DNA of 64,000 bases from Desulfobacterales bacterium (GTDB taxonomy: Bacteria > Desulfobacterota > Desulfobacteria > Desulfobacterales > UBA5852): positions 992,001-1,056,000 of the forward strand of contig CAXXVS010000001.1 of the NCBI GenBank assembly GCA_963674755.2. The letters are read 5' to 3'. This document shows positions 10,640 to 20,050 of this stretch, piece by piece. Below the pieces are notes generated by a model. That model saw nothing but the letters and a program-made list of their open reading frames with translations, did no database searches and was not told the DNA's origin. The first letter of the stretch is position 1, and every line of letters starts with the position of its first letter. Position numbers and translations under genes: made by a program.

Positions 10640-10685
10640 TTGACGCATGATAATTTGTTTACTAAACTGAATGAGTATTCATTCA
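10640..10685 (+). promoter_or_regulatory. fadF-etfBA promoter with FadR-type operator (10668-10685)
   Basis: TTGACG, 17 bp spacer, TAAACT, immediately followed by TGAATGAGTATTCATTCA. Confidence 0.85.
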
Positions 10686-10725
10686 TTACGCTTTTTTATC
10701 ACTCTCCAAAGGAGGCTAAATCCCT

Positions 10726-12798
10726 ATGGAACCTGCTTTGTTATCGCCAGCGGCCTTTAAGTTTTTCCATATACCGACAGCCCTGTTCGCATTGCTGATT
10801 CCCTTGGTCGGTACGGGCGTTTTTGTTTTTATCATGAAGCGCCGTCTTGCGCCGTTGTTGAAGGCCGCTCCTGATAATCGGTTCAATCGTCCGCTGGCGC
10901 GCCTCTGGAGAGTGCTCAAGATCTGGCTGGCCCAGTGGCGCCAGCCCCGCTACAGAATGGCGGGTGTCATCCATATTTTCATCTTCGCCGGCTTCCTCGT
11001 GCTCAGCATCCGTTCCACTACGCTGGTATTTCTCGGTTTCTGGCCGGGGTTCACCATCCCCGGATTCGGAGGGGCGCTGGGCCATGCCTACAACATTTTC
11101 AAGGATTATGCGGCAACCTGGGTTTTGATCGCCTGCGTGATCGCCGCCGTACGGCGGGGTATTTTCAAACCCGAGCGCTACGCCGTGCCTAAACACTATG
11201 GCAAGGATCACACCGGTGAGGCCGTGTTTGTCCTGGCGCTGATATCCACCCTCATGATTTCCGAAAGCCTTTTCGAAGCTACCCTGGCGGCGGCGCAGAT
11301 TCAGGAATTGCAACCCGCCGAGTTCGTGGCGCCGGGCACCTTGGCCTGGATGTTTCGCAACATGCTGGTGGACACCCCCATCGTCCAATTGCAGAGCATG
11401 CACATCACGGCCTATTTCATCCATGACCTGACCTTTTTCTTTTTCCTCTGCTTCCTGCCGCTGGGCAAACATTTCCACGTCATTACCTCCATTTTCAACG
11501 TCTATTTCATGCGGCTGGCGCGGGGCAATATCAAGCCGGTCAAATATGGCGTGAGCGAGGCCCAGCTGGATGATCTGGAATCTTTCGGCGTCAAGAAGTT
11601 CGAGGATTTCACCTGGAAGCACATGCTGGATTTTTATTCCTGCGCCGATTGCGGCCGCTGTTCGGACAACTGCCCGGCCAACGCGGTCAAACGCCCGCTT
11701 TCGCCCCGTTTTATTTCCATCAAGGGGCGTGACTACGCCTTTGCCAACTATCCCCTCAGCGGTGCGGATGTCGTCAAGGCGGAGGACTATCAGCTGATCG
11801 GCGACATTTACAGCGAGGACGAGATCTGGTCCTGCACCACCTGCGGAGCCTGCGAGCAGGAATGCCCGCTGGGTATCGAATATATCGACAAGATCGTGGA
11901 CCTGCGCCGTGGTATGGTGGACGAGGGCAATGTTCCCCAGTCGCTTCAAAAGCCGTTACGTGCCCTTGAGAAGCGCGGCAACCCCTGGGGGAAAATGGAG
12001 AAAAAGCGCGGAGACTGGGTCAAAGAAATCGCCGATGACGTGCCGGTGAAGCGCTTTGAAAAGGGTGAAAGCGCCGAGGTGCTTTATTTCGTTGACAGCA
12101 TCTCCTCCTTTGACGACCGCATGCAGAGTATTGCCCAGGCCACGGCGCGCATCCTGGCCAAAGCCGGCATCGATTTCGGCATCCTGGGAAAACTGGAAAA
12201 AGACAGCGGCAACGAAGTGCGGCGCTTTGGGGAAGAAATGCTTTTTCAGGATCTCAAAAGCCAGAATACGGAAGCCATCCTGGAGGCGGGCATCAAGAAA
12301 ATCGTGACGGCCGATCCCCATGCCTTCAATGCCCTGCGCAAGGACTACGACAATCTGCCTCCGGTGGAGCACATCAGCCAGGTGATCTGTAAACAGATTA
12401 AAGCCGGCCGCCTGTCCCTGACAGGCACCAACGGCGATGGCAAGGTTTATACCTATCATGACCCCTGCTATCTGGGGCGGCACAACCAACTCTACGATGA
12501 TCCGCGGCGTGTTCTGGACGCCATTCCCGGGCTGACGCGGGTGGAGATGCTGCGCAGCGGCGACCGGTCGTTCTGCTGCGGGGGCGGCGGCCTGATGCTC
12601 TTCTACGAGCCCGAGGAAGAACAGCGCATGGGGGTTTTGCGGGTGGAGATGGCAGCCAGGGCCGGGGCCAATGTCATTGTGACGGCCTGTCCCTTCTGCC
12701 TGGTCAATATGGAGGATGCCATCAAGGTGGCCGGGCTGGAAGGCAAGATGGAAGCGGTGGACTTGTGTGAACTGGTGGCCAGCCATCTGGCCGACTGA
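10726..12798 (+). CDS. fadF: Membrane Fe-S oxidoreductase, FadF / ETF:menaquinone oxidoreductase type (TM haem-b region, 2x[4Fe-4S], CCG domains)
   Basis: N-terminal TM helices with KHFH; CADCGRCSDNCP and CTTCGACEQECP; C-terminal HDPCYLGR, CCGGGG, ACPFC; lies upstream of etfBA. Confidence 0.9.
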   Translation: MEPALLSPAAFKFFHIPTALFALLIPLVGTGVFVFIMKRRLAPLLKAAPDNRFNRPLARLWRVLKIWLAQWRQPRYRMAGVIHIFIFAGFLVLSIRSTTLVFLGFWPGFTIPGFGGALGHAYNIFKDYAATWVLIACVIAAVRRGIFKPERYAVPKHYGKDHTGEAVFVLALISTLMISESLFEATLAAAQIQELQPAEFVAPGTLAWMFRNMLVDTPIVQLQSMHITAYFIHDLTFFFFLCFLPLGKHFHVITSIFNVYFMRLARGNIKPVKYGVSEAQLDDLESFGVKKFEDFTWKHMLDFYSCADCGRCSDNCPANAVKRPLSPRFISIKGRDYAFANYPLSGADVVKAEDYQLIGDIYSEDEIWSCTTCGACEQECPLGIEYIDKIVDLRRGMVDEGNVPQSLQKPLRALEKRGNPWGKMEKKRGDWVKEIADDVPVKRFEKGESAEVLYFVDSISSFDDRMQSIAQATARILAKAGIDFGILGKLEKDSGNEVRRFGEEMLFQDLKSQNTEAILEAGIKKIVTADPHAFNALRKDYDNLPPVEHISQVICKQIKAGRLSLTGTNGDGKVYTYHDPCYLGRHNQLYDDPRRVLDAIPGLTRVEMLRSGDRSFCCGGGGLMLFYEPEEEQRMGVLRVEMAARAGANVIVTACPFCLVNMEDAIKVAGLEGKMEAVDLCELVASHLAD

Positions 12799-12871
12799 TT
12801 TAAGGTTTGTCTTCCGGAGGATAGCGGAAGCGTGAAAGTTTAGGGTCAATACCAACATCGGGAGGAAAAAC

Positions 12872-13645
12872 ATGGAAATTTTGGTGTGTGTCAAGAGAGT
12901 GCCGGACACTTCCGAAAATGAGATCGAGCTGAACAGCGCCGGCAACGACATCGACCGCGACGATCTGGTCTACTCGGTCAACGAGTGGGACAATTACGCG
13001 GTGGAGGAAGCGCTGCAGATCGTGGACAAGGTGGGCGGCAGTGTGACGGTGGTCTCGGTGGGCGATGAGGAGACCGAGGAAGTGTTGCGGCGGGAGATGG
13101 CCATGGGGGCTGAAAAGGGACTTTTGCTGAGCGACGATGCCTTCGAGGAAGCCGACGGCCGTGGGATTGCAACGGCGCTTAAGGCCGCCGTGGACAAAGG
13201 CAATTATGATTTGATTCTCACCGGGGCCCAGGCCGATGACGGGGCAGGCCAGGTGGGCGGCATGCTGGCGGCCATGCTGGATGTACCCTTTGCCTCGCTG
13301 GTGAACACCATCGAGGTGGACGGCGACAAGCTCAAGGTCGGCCGGGAGATCGAGGGCGGCAACCAGGAGATGCACGAGGTCAGCCTGCCGTGCGTGCTGT
13401 CGATTCAAACCGGCATCAACGAGCCGCGCTATGTGGGGATCCGCGGCATCCGCAAGGTGGCCTCGGTGGAGATTCCCACCATGGGCGCCGGTGACCTGGG
13501 GCTGGATGTGCCTGCCGCCAAAGTCAAGCGCCTGGATTACTTCCTGCCCGATATGGGCGAGGGGGCCGAGATGCTGGAAGGCAGCACGGAGGAGATCATC
13601 GACAAGCTGGTGGAACTCTTAAAGGCTAAAGGAGGGCTGAAATAA
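12872..13645 (+). CDS. etfB: Electron transfer flavoprotein beta subunit
   Basis: ILVCVKRVPD, NEWDNYAVEEAL, AMGA, GQVGGMLA, INEPRY. Confidence 0.96.
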   Translation: MEILVCVKRVPDTSENEIELNSAGNDIDRDDLVYSVNEWDNYAVEEALQIVDKVGGSVTVVSVGDEETEEVLRREMAMGAEKGLLLSDDAFEEADGRGIATALKAAVDKGNYDLILTGAQADDGAGQVGGMLAAMLDVPFASLVNTIEVDGDKLKVGREIEGGNQEMHEVSLPCVLSIQTGINEPRYVGIRGIRKVASVEIPTMGAGDLGLDVPAAKVKRLDYFLPDMGEGAEMLEGSTEEIIDKLVELLKAKGGLK

Positions 13646-14613
13646 TGGCTCAGATTTTTTCCTATATCTTGCACAAGGACGGGGCCCTTGACGATACGGC
13701 CCTTGAACTGGCCGCGGCTGCCAAGAAAATCGATGCTTCCGCCAACCCGACCGCGATTGTGGTCGGTTCCGGAGACGGCCTGGATGCGGTCTGCACCAAG
13801 GTTGCCGCCAGTTACGGCGAAGTCTGGAAGGTGGCCAACGAGGCCATCACCTATCCGGATGCGGAAATGATCCGCAAGGTGTTGGTGAATATCCTGCCGG
13901 CGGAGAGCATCGTGCTGATCGCCCATGAGCATTTTGGCATGGACCTGGCGCCGGGGCTGTCCATCAAACTGGATTCGGCGCTGGCGACCGATGTGGTGGC
14001 TATCGAAGGTGCGGATGGTGCCACGCTGAAGCTTGTGCGGCAGGAATTCGGCGGAGCGGTGAGCGCCCATGTGACCTGCGATGCGGCCCAGGGGGCGGTG
14101 CTGACCCTGCGTCCGGGCTCCTTTGGGGCCGACGAATCCCAGAGCGCCGGCGGAACGGTGGTGGATAAATCCTCTGAAGCCGGGGATCTCACCGCCCAGC
14201 GGAAGTATCTGGAGGTCGTGGAGGCCGAAGCGGGGGATGTGGACATCACCAAGTCGGAAGTGCTGGTGTCCTGCGGCCGGGGCATCGAGGATGAAGAGAA
14301 CCTGGAGATTGCCTTCGATCTGGCCAAGGCCATGGGGGCGGATGTGTCCTGCTCGCGCCCCATCGTGGATGCCAAATGGCTGCCCAAGGCCCGCCAGGTG
14401 GGCACTTCGGGTCAGACGGTCAAGCCCAAGGTGTATATGGCCTGCGGGATCAGCGGCAGCTTCCAGCACATGGGGGGCATCAAGGGCAATCCCTTCATCA
14501 TCGCCATCAACAAAAACCCCAAGGCCCCCATCTTCCAGGTGGCCGACGTGGGTATCGTGGCCGACATCCTCGAGTTCCTGCCCGAACTGACCGAAAAAAT
14601 CGAGGAACTCTAA
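13645..14613 (+). CDS. etfA: Electron transfer flavoprotein alpha subunit
   Basis: VSCGRG, CSRPIVD, QVGTSGQTVKP, GISGSFQH, AINKNPKAPIF; TAATG coupling with etfB. Confidence 0.96.
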   Translation: MAQIFSYILHKDGALDDTALELAAAAKKIDASANPTAIVVGSGDGLDAVCTKVAASYGEVWKVANEAITYPDAEMIRKVLVNILPAESIVLIAHEHFGMDLAPGLSIKLDSALATDVVAIEGADGATLKLVRQEFGGAVSAHVTCDAAQGAVLTLRPGSFGADESQSAGGTVVDKSSEAGDLTAQRKYLEVVEAEAGDVDITKSEVLVSCGRGIEDEENLEIAFDLAKAMGADVSCSRPIVDAKWLPKARQVGTSGQTVKPKVYMACGISGSFQHMGGIKGNPFIIAINKNPKAPIFQVADVGIVADILEFLPELTEKIEEL

Positions 14614-14644
14614 GCGAATCGTACAACCTAATTGAAGTTGCCAG

Positions 14645-14680
14645 ACCGGCTGTTCTCTGATGGGAACAGCCGGTTTTTTT
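14645..14680 (+). terminator. Rho-independent terminator
   Basis: ACCGGCTGTTCTC/GGGAACAGCCGGT stem followed by a T tract after etfA. Confidence 0.85.
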
Positions 14681-14753
14681 CTGAGAATTGCTCGCAGGGC
14701 AAAAATACGCTACGGTTTCCGGACGCGCTGGCGAGCATAAAAGGAGCCATATA

Positions 14754-15284
14754 GTGGGGCCCGGACCTTATCGATTACCGAAAACCATTGCATCGGATAC
14801 CCGCGCAGAGCCGTTGTTAAAGATTCTGGGCGCGGCCTCGCACCGCCTTTGGCCGGGAAGCACGCTATGCATCCCCGAGGCCGAGTTGAGTGACGCCCTG
14901 TTGGAGGCATTGCGGGCAGCCCATCGGATGGGACGGGTGGTGCGCAGTCTGGAGAAAGCCCAAACCGTATTGACCGCAGAAGCGCATGGCCAGCGATTGG
15001 CAGACCGAAAAAGTGGAACCGTGCGTGGCGTCCGTATATCCCGTCTGCTGGTATTGACCAATGATGGCGCCGAGCGTTTCTACCGGCAGGTGGCATCGCT
15101 CCTGGAGAGTCATGGGTCAAGGGTCGTCGCCGTCCGTCTAAAGGTAGCTGCGGAAATCCTCGGTAACGCTCTGTATGGAAAGGGGGGGGCGGCACGCCTT
15201 TTGATGATCGAACACAAGGCCGCGGTCGGTGCGGTTCTGTTGGCGCTGGCGGACCAGTGGATCGATTCAATCGACGTCTCCTGA
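14754..15284 (+). CDS. Hypothetical protein, possible L7Ae/L30e-like fold
   Basis: AAGGAG SD before GTG 14754; pattern GRVVRSLE...RLLVLTNDG...EILGNAL.G resembles L7Ae-family proteins. Confidence 0.55.
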   Translation: MGPGPYRLPKTIASDTRAEPLLKILGAASHRLWPGSTLCIPEAELSDALLEALRAAHRMGRVVRSLEKAQTVLTAEAHGQRLADRKSGTVRGVRISRLLVLTNDGAERFYRQVASLLESHGSRVVAVRLKVAAEILGNALYGKGGAARLLMIEHKAAVGAVLLALADQWIDSIDVS

Positions 15285-15353
15285 AGACCATTCAGCGTTA
15301 CCATCGGCTCCGGCCGAAGGATGCAAAGAGATGCGTTGTTTAAGGAGCCACCT

Positions 15354-16118
15354 ATGGCCGATACCATGACCAACAGTTTGGGAATGGAAATGCTGCTTCT
15401 GCCGAGCGGGGCTTTCACCATGGGAGGGGATTGGGATGCCGAGCAGGCCGACGAAAACGAACTCCCCCAACATGTGGTGCTGTTTGACCGGCCCTTCTAC
15501 ATAGGGAAATATACGGTCACCCAATCCCAGTGGCAGGCCTTGATGGACAACAACCCCAGCGAATTCAAGGGGGCGGACCGTCCGGTCGAGACGATCTCCC
15601 ATGGGGAGGCGTGCGCCTTTATCACGTGTTTGAATGCGCAGGAAAACACCCGCACCTACCGACTGCCCACCGAAGCCGAGTGGGAATATGCGGCCCGGGC
15701 CGGTTCCCAGAGCGTCTATTGCTATGGGGACGAGATCAACCGTTTGACGGAATTTGCCTGGTTCCAGGACAATAGTGCCGGCACAACCCATCCCGTGGGG
15801 CAGCTGTCCCCCAATGATTGGGGACTCCACGACATGCACGGCAATGTGCATGAATGGTGCGGCGATTGGTACCGCCGCGGCTACTATGCGGAAAGTCCGC
15901 CCCAGCATCCCGCCGGTGCCCCCAAGGGCGTCGCCCGGGTACTGCGCGGCGGCGATTGGGGCTCCGAAGCCTGGTATTGCCGCTGCGCCATCCGGAGCTT
16001 GAGCTCTCCCCAGCGCCGTAGCCCGAGGGTTGGTTTCCGGATGGTCAGAGACCTGGCGGAACCCTCGGTCGGCCGGGCATCCAGGGGGATTGTCGGCAGG
16101 CTGCTCGGGAAACGGTGA
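15354..16118 (+). CDS. FGE/SUMF1-family (FGE-sulfatase domain) protein
   Basis: FTMG, ELPQH, VTQSQW, PVETIS, YRLPTEAEWEYAARAG, PNDWGLHDMHGNVHEW, RVLRGG, GFR. Confidence 0.9.
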   Translation: MADTMTNSLGMEMLLLPSGAFTMGGDWDAEQADENELPQHVVLFDRPFYIGKYTVTQSQWQALMDNNPSEFKGADRPVETISHGEACAFITCLNAQENTRTYRLPTEAEWEYAARAGSQSVYCYGDEINRLTEFAWFQDNSAGTTHPVGQLSPNDWGLHDMHGNVHEWCGDWYRRGYYAESPPQHPAGAPKGVARVLRGGDWGSEAWYCRCAIRSLSSPQRRSPRVGFRMVRDLAEPSVGRASRGIVGRLLGKR

Positions 16119-16214
16119 ATTCTGTAGGCGATTTCGCTTCGGGCATTCCGCTTCGCCAGGTATTTTAAGAATCCGGACCTACGACCGGTTTATTATCGGG
16201 GGACTGCCATACGT

Positions 16215-16325
16215 GTGATTTTTAAGCAGCATACCATCGCCTTGGTTTACGATTTCGGCCATTATGCGTCGCCAGACTATCGTGCGGATAAGACGCTTGA
16301 GCGACGCGTCAGGCTGATCCTGATT
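16215..16325 (+). pseudogene. Remnant of a HAD-family hydrolase with a large internal deletion
   Basis: MIFKQHTIALVYDF (start of a YDFDxT HAD motif I) is joined directly to HYASPDYRADKTLERRVRLIL, which resembles the C-terminus of the same family. Confidence 0.5.
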
Positions 16326-16462
16326 TTATGGTCGCCCGCATCGTGTTCCACAGGGAGCAGTTTTCATCTCGACGGGAGATGGCCAGGGTTTAATGGCCGG
16401 ACTTTGCCAATCCATCAGACCGCCGATTCCGTTGACCTTCTGTGAGAGAATGGATGAAAGCC

Positions 16463-17497
16463 ATGCCGACAAGCAAATTAAACATAGCCGTCATCGGCGC
16501 CGGTGCCATCGGCGGGACAACGGCCGCCTTCATGAAGAAGGCCGGTTGGGATCCGATTCTGGTATGCAAGCATGCTGATACCCTGGCGCAGATTGAACGA
16601 CCGGGGCTTCAGATTTTTGGACTGAAAGGGACGCATACCGTGCCCCTGCGTGCTGTGCGGACGGTTGCCGAGCTTCCCGATGATCTGGATGTGGTTTTCC
16701 ATGCGACCAAAGCCAATGATTGCAAAGCGGCGGCAAGGGATCTGGCGCCGCATCTCAAACCGGACTCACAGGTGGTCTCCCTGCAAAACGGCATCTGCGA
16801 AGACGCCCTGGGGGAGATCCTGGGGCGCCCGCGGATCATCGGCTGCGTCGTGGGTTGGGGCGCCACCCATGCCGGGCCCGGCCGGATCGAAGTCACTTCC
16901 CCGGGAGAGTTCGTTGTGGGCTCTATCGACCGGCCGCCTGGTACGCATCTGGAAACCGTTCGTTCGATGCTGGATGCGGTCCAGCCGACCCGGGTTTCCG
17001 ATAACATCATGGGAGAACTCTATTCCAAGCTGATGATCAACGCCTGTATCAACTCCCTGGGTGTTATCACCGGCGTACCCCTGGGGGAGTTGTTGGCCGT
17101 TCGCAAAATCCGCCGCATTTTTATCGGCATTATGCAGGAGGCCCTGACAACGGCCAATGCCATGGGCCTCCGGGTGACACCTTCTACGGGGGGCAAATTG
17201 GACTACTACCGGTTTCTGGAAGGCAACGGATTGTTGAAACGCTTCCAGCAGCATCTCGTATTGCGCATCATTGGCTTCAAGTACCGACGGATCAGATCGT
17301 CCAGCCTGCAGTCCCTGGAGCGGGGGCGCTTGACGGAAATCGACTACCTCAACGGCTACATCTGCGACCGGGCAAATGAACACAGCGTGCCGGTGCCGTT
17401 GAACCTGGCGGTGGTGGCCATGATCAAAGCCATCGAGGCCGGCCAGCGTCCCATCGCGATGGACAATATTCAGGATGCGGTATTCGCTGGCGTTTGA
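16463..17497 (+). CDS. panE: 2-dehydropantoate 2-reductase (ketopantoate reductase family)
   Basis: IAVIGAGAIG, HATKA, SLQNG, LYSKLMINACINSL, TEIDYLNG. Confidence 0.88.
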   Translation: MPTSKLNIAVIGAGAIGGTTAAFMKKAGWDPILVCKHADTLAQIERPGLQIFGLKGTHTVPLRAVRTVAELPDDLDVVFHATKANDCKAAARDLAPHLKPDSQVVSLQNGICEDALGEILGRPRIIGCVVGWGATHAGPGRIEVTSPGEFVVGSIDRPPGTHLETVRSMLDAVQPTRVSDNIMGELYSKLMINACINSLGVITGVPLGELLAVRKIRRIFIGIMQEALTTANAMGLRVTPSTGGKLDYYRFLEGNGLLKRFQQHLVLRIIGFKYRRIRSSSLQSLERGRLTEIDYLNGYICDRANEHSVPVPLNLAVVAMIKAIEAGQRPIAMDNIQDAVFAGV

Positions 17498-17604
17498 GCC
17501 GTTGCCCCAGGCATATCTTCCGGGGAAGTCTGCTGAAAGGGATCGATTGGAGGCGGTTGGATCTAAGGAACGGACGGATGTGAAGTGATGGAAAGGATCT
17601 TGTC

Positions 17605-18225
17605 ATGAGTTTGGAAATGTGGCTCGCGTTTGTCATTGCGGCGGAAATTATCTTGGTCATTCCCGGCCCCACGATCATTTTGGTGGTGAGTCAGGCCATT
17701 GCCCACGGCCGCAGATCGGTCATTCCGTTGGTGGCCGGGGTGCTGGGCGGGGATTTTACCGCCATGACGCTTTCATTGTTGGGCCTGGGCGCGGTGTTGT
17801 CTGCTTCCGCCACCTTGTTTGTCACCCTCAAATGGATCGGGGCCTTTTACCTGATCTACCTCGGGATCAAGCTATGGCGCACCGTTCCGGACGGCGCGGC
17901 GGCTGCTGTGGCTGCCCGGGAAGCCTCGGCCGGATCGCTTTTCAAGGGGGCCTACATCGTCACGGCGCTCAACCCCAAGAGCATTGCCTTTTTCGTGGCC
18001 TTCCTGCCCCAGTTCATCAACCACCAGGCGGCCACCTTGCCCCAGTTATCGATTATGGGCATCACCTTTTTAACCATGGCCACCGTCAATGCCGCCCTAT
18101 ATGCGATCTTTGCCGGGCACTTGCGCGACACCATGCGCCAAGCCCGGGTCCGGAAGATCATGGATCGCTGCGGCGGCAGCGCCCTCATCGGTGCCGGGGT
18201 GCTGACGGCCGCCATGGAGCGCTAA
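17605..18225 (+). CDS. LysE/RhtB family exporter
   Basis: IPGPT, LKWIGAFYLIYLG, LNPKSIAFF; hydrophobic throughout. Confidence 0.92.
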   Translation: MSLEMWLAFVIAAEIILVIPGPTIILVVSQAIAHGRRSVIPLVAGVLGGDFTAMTLSLLGLGAVLSASATLFVTLKWIGAFYLIYLGIKLWRTVPDGAAAAVAAREASAGSLFKGAYIVTALNPKSIAFFVAFLPQFINHQAATLPQLSIMGITFLTMATVNAALYAIFAGHLRDTMRQARVRKIMDRCGGSALIGAGVLTAAMER

Positions 18226-18398
18226 AGAGGAAGTCGTCTACGTGCCCGGAATTGACAGGGCGACCCTAAGGAGCCTACCGGCCCCTATGCAGCGCCCACC
18301 ATTGAATGACGCAAAGCCTTTCACTGATGCCGGTACCTTAGTAGAGCCTATTCCAACAGGCGTGCGCTTATGTATTGAAAAGAGGCTGTCCGGACAAT

Positions 18399-19236
18399 TT
18401 AGGGCCGTTTTGCCGTTGCTTCCCCAAGATCCGCCATGTGGTTGAAATAGTCGCAAAACTGCTCCCGGAAAACCCTTCGGCCATCGAAGGGTTCCATGTG
18501 CGGGCCGGCGGTCGGCAGCAAAATTTTTGGCTCCGGGGCTGCATTGAAAAGACGCTGGCCTTGATCGAAGGGAATATAGCCGTCTTCAGGGCTGTGAACA
18601 ACGATTACAGGCGAGCCGACCTCGGAAATCTTTTCACCGTTGTAAAAATGGTATTTCAGAAGATAGCGGGTCGGCAGCCAGCGGTAGTGGAGACGAGCCA
18701 TTTCTTCCAGATCGAAAAAGGTCGATTCAAGCACCAGGAGCCCCGCCCATCGATCGCCCCCACAGGATTATGTCTCTGGAGGGAATCCCACGGTTCTTGT
18801 GCAGGAAATCCCAAGCCGCCTGGCCATCCAGGTAGATGTCTGATTCCTGGTGAATGTATCCCTCGGACTGACCAAAGCCCCGGTAGTCGAAAAATAGGAC
18901 CTTGACCCCCAACTCGGCCAGAGTTCTCAGACGCAGGGTATAATCGGCCGGCCGCCGTCGATTCCCATGAAAAAAGAGCACTGTGCGTTTGGCACCGGGG
19001 GTATCCATCCACCAACCATTCAGGCGCACGTTGTCTGCTGTATAGATGGAAACGGTTTTGATACCAAAACGGGAGGGGGGCTCGGCAGATAGACCCCCTG
19101 TCCCGAAGATGATCGCGGATTGGGTGTGATAGGCAGCAAAGACCACGATGACGTATACAGCCATGCCGAATACGAGACAGATCAGAAGGGAATGAAATCC
19201 AGACCGGTTCGGGGTATCATGAAAGACGGACGGCAT
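18399..19236 (-). pseudogene. Alpha/beta hydrolase (BEM46/ABHD13-like), disrupted by a short deletion and frameshift near 18740
   Basis: Frame 1 has VLFFHGN, FDYRGFGQSEG and GRSMGGA, then a stop. Frame 2 resumes LLVLESTF...VHSPED...GPH. The helix between the nucleophile motif and LESTF is missing. Confidence 0.85.
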
Positions 19237-19536
19237 GGCTCCTGGCCTTTTGCGGTATTTGGTTTGTGCATATGTTTTTTGCGGCAAATGATCAACCTTA
19301 GATGTGATATGCTGTTTCTCTGTTTGCGCCACGTATTCTTGGCACTTGCAAGGAGGTAGGGGACAATCCGGAGCGTCCCGCCAATTTGCCAACCATAGAA
19401 GAATCCCCAAAGGACGGCCTGTGCGGACTTTTTTTCTGGTTGATCTATTGTCGGGCTGGATTGTCCATGGCCACCATCGCCATCGACAGTTCGGCCTTAG
19501 GTACCGATAGTCAAAAAGCGAAGGAGAAAGACCCCT

Positions 19537-20016
19537 ATGAATGATTTCCCGGATGATGTGCTCGACCTGATCAACGGACATTTGGGCGGGTACAACAACG
19601 CCCTGGGACTGCGGTTTATCGAAGCGACAGAAGATCGATTCGTGGCCGAACTCGAAATAGACGATCGTCACCGGCAGCCCTATGGACTGGTCCACGGCGG
19701 CGTATATGCCGGCATGATCGAAACCCTGTGCAGCACCGGAGCCGCCCTGAGCGTTTGGAACAAGGGCCAAAGTGCGGTCGGACTGGAGAACAACACCGCA
19801 TTTCTGAGGGCGGTCCGAACGGGCACGTTGCGCGGTACGGCCCGGCCGCTGCTAAGCGGCCGGCGGTCCCAGGTCTGGGAGGCCGAGATCAAAGACGCGC
19901 GCGGCCGCCTGGTGGCCTCCGGGCGGGTGCGCCTGATGGTGCTCGATGCGGGGGCCGAAGCCGATGGGGAAACCGTCGCTCTGGAAAATGTTGCCGACCA
20001 GAGGCTGCGTTCCTAA
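19537..20016 (+). CDS. PaaI family thioesterase
   Basis: HRQPYGLVHGGVYAGMIE, VGLENNTAFLRAV; AAGGAG SD. Confidence 0.92.
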   Translation: MNDFPDDVLDLINGHLGGYNNALGLRFIEATEDRFVAELEIDDRHRQPYGLVHGGVYAGMIETLCSTGAALSVWNKGQSAVGLENNTAFLRAVRTGTLRGTARPLLSGRRSQVWEAEIKDARGRLVASGRVRLMVLDAGAEADGETVALENVADQRLRS

Positions 20017-20050
20017 TGTAAGCGCCTACCGCGGGAGCGCTTTGCCAGCC

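Noticed and set aside
15354..16118. Formylglycine-generating enzyme activity
   Set aside because: It lacks the catalytic RGGS..C....C arrangement (reads RGGDW) and no sulfatase is nearby; kept only as a family call.
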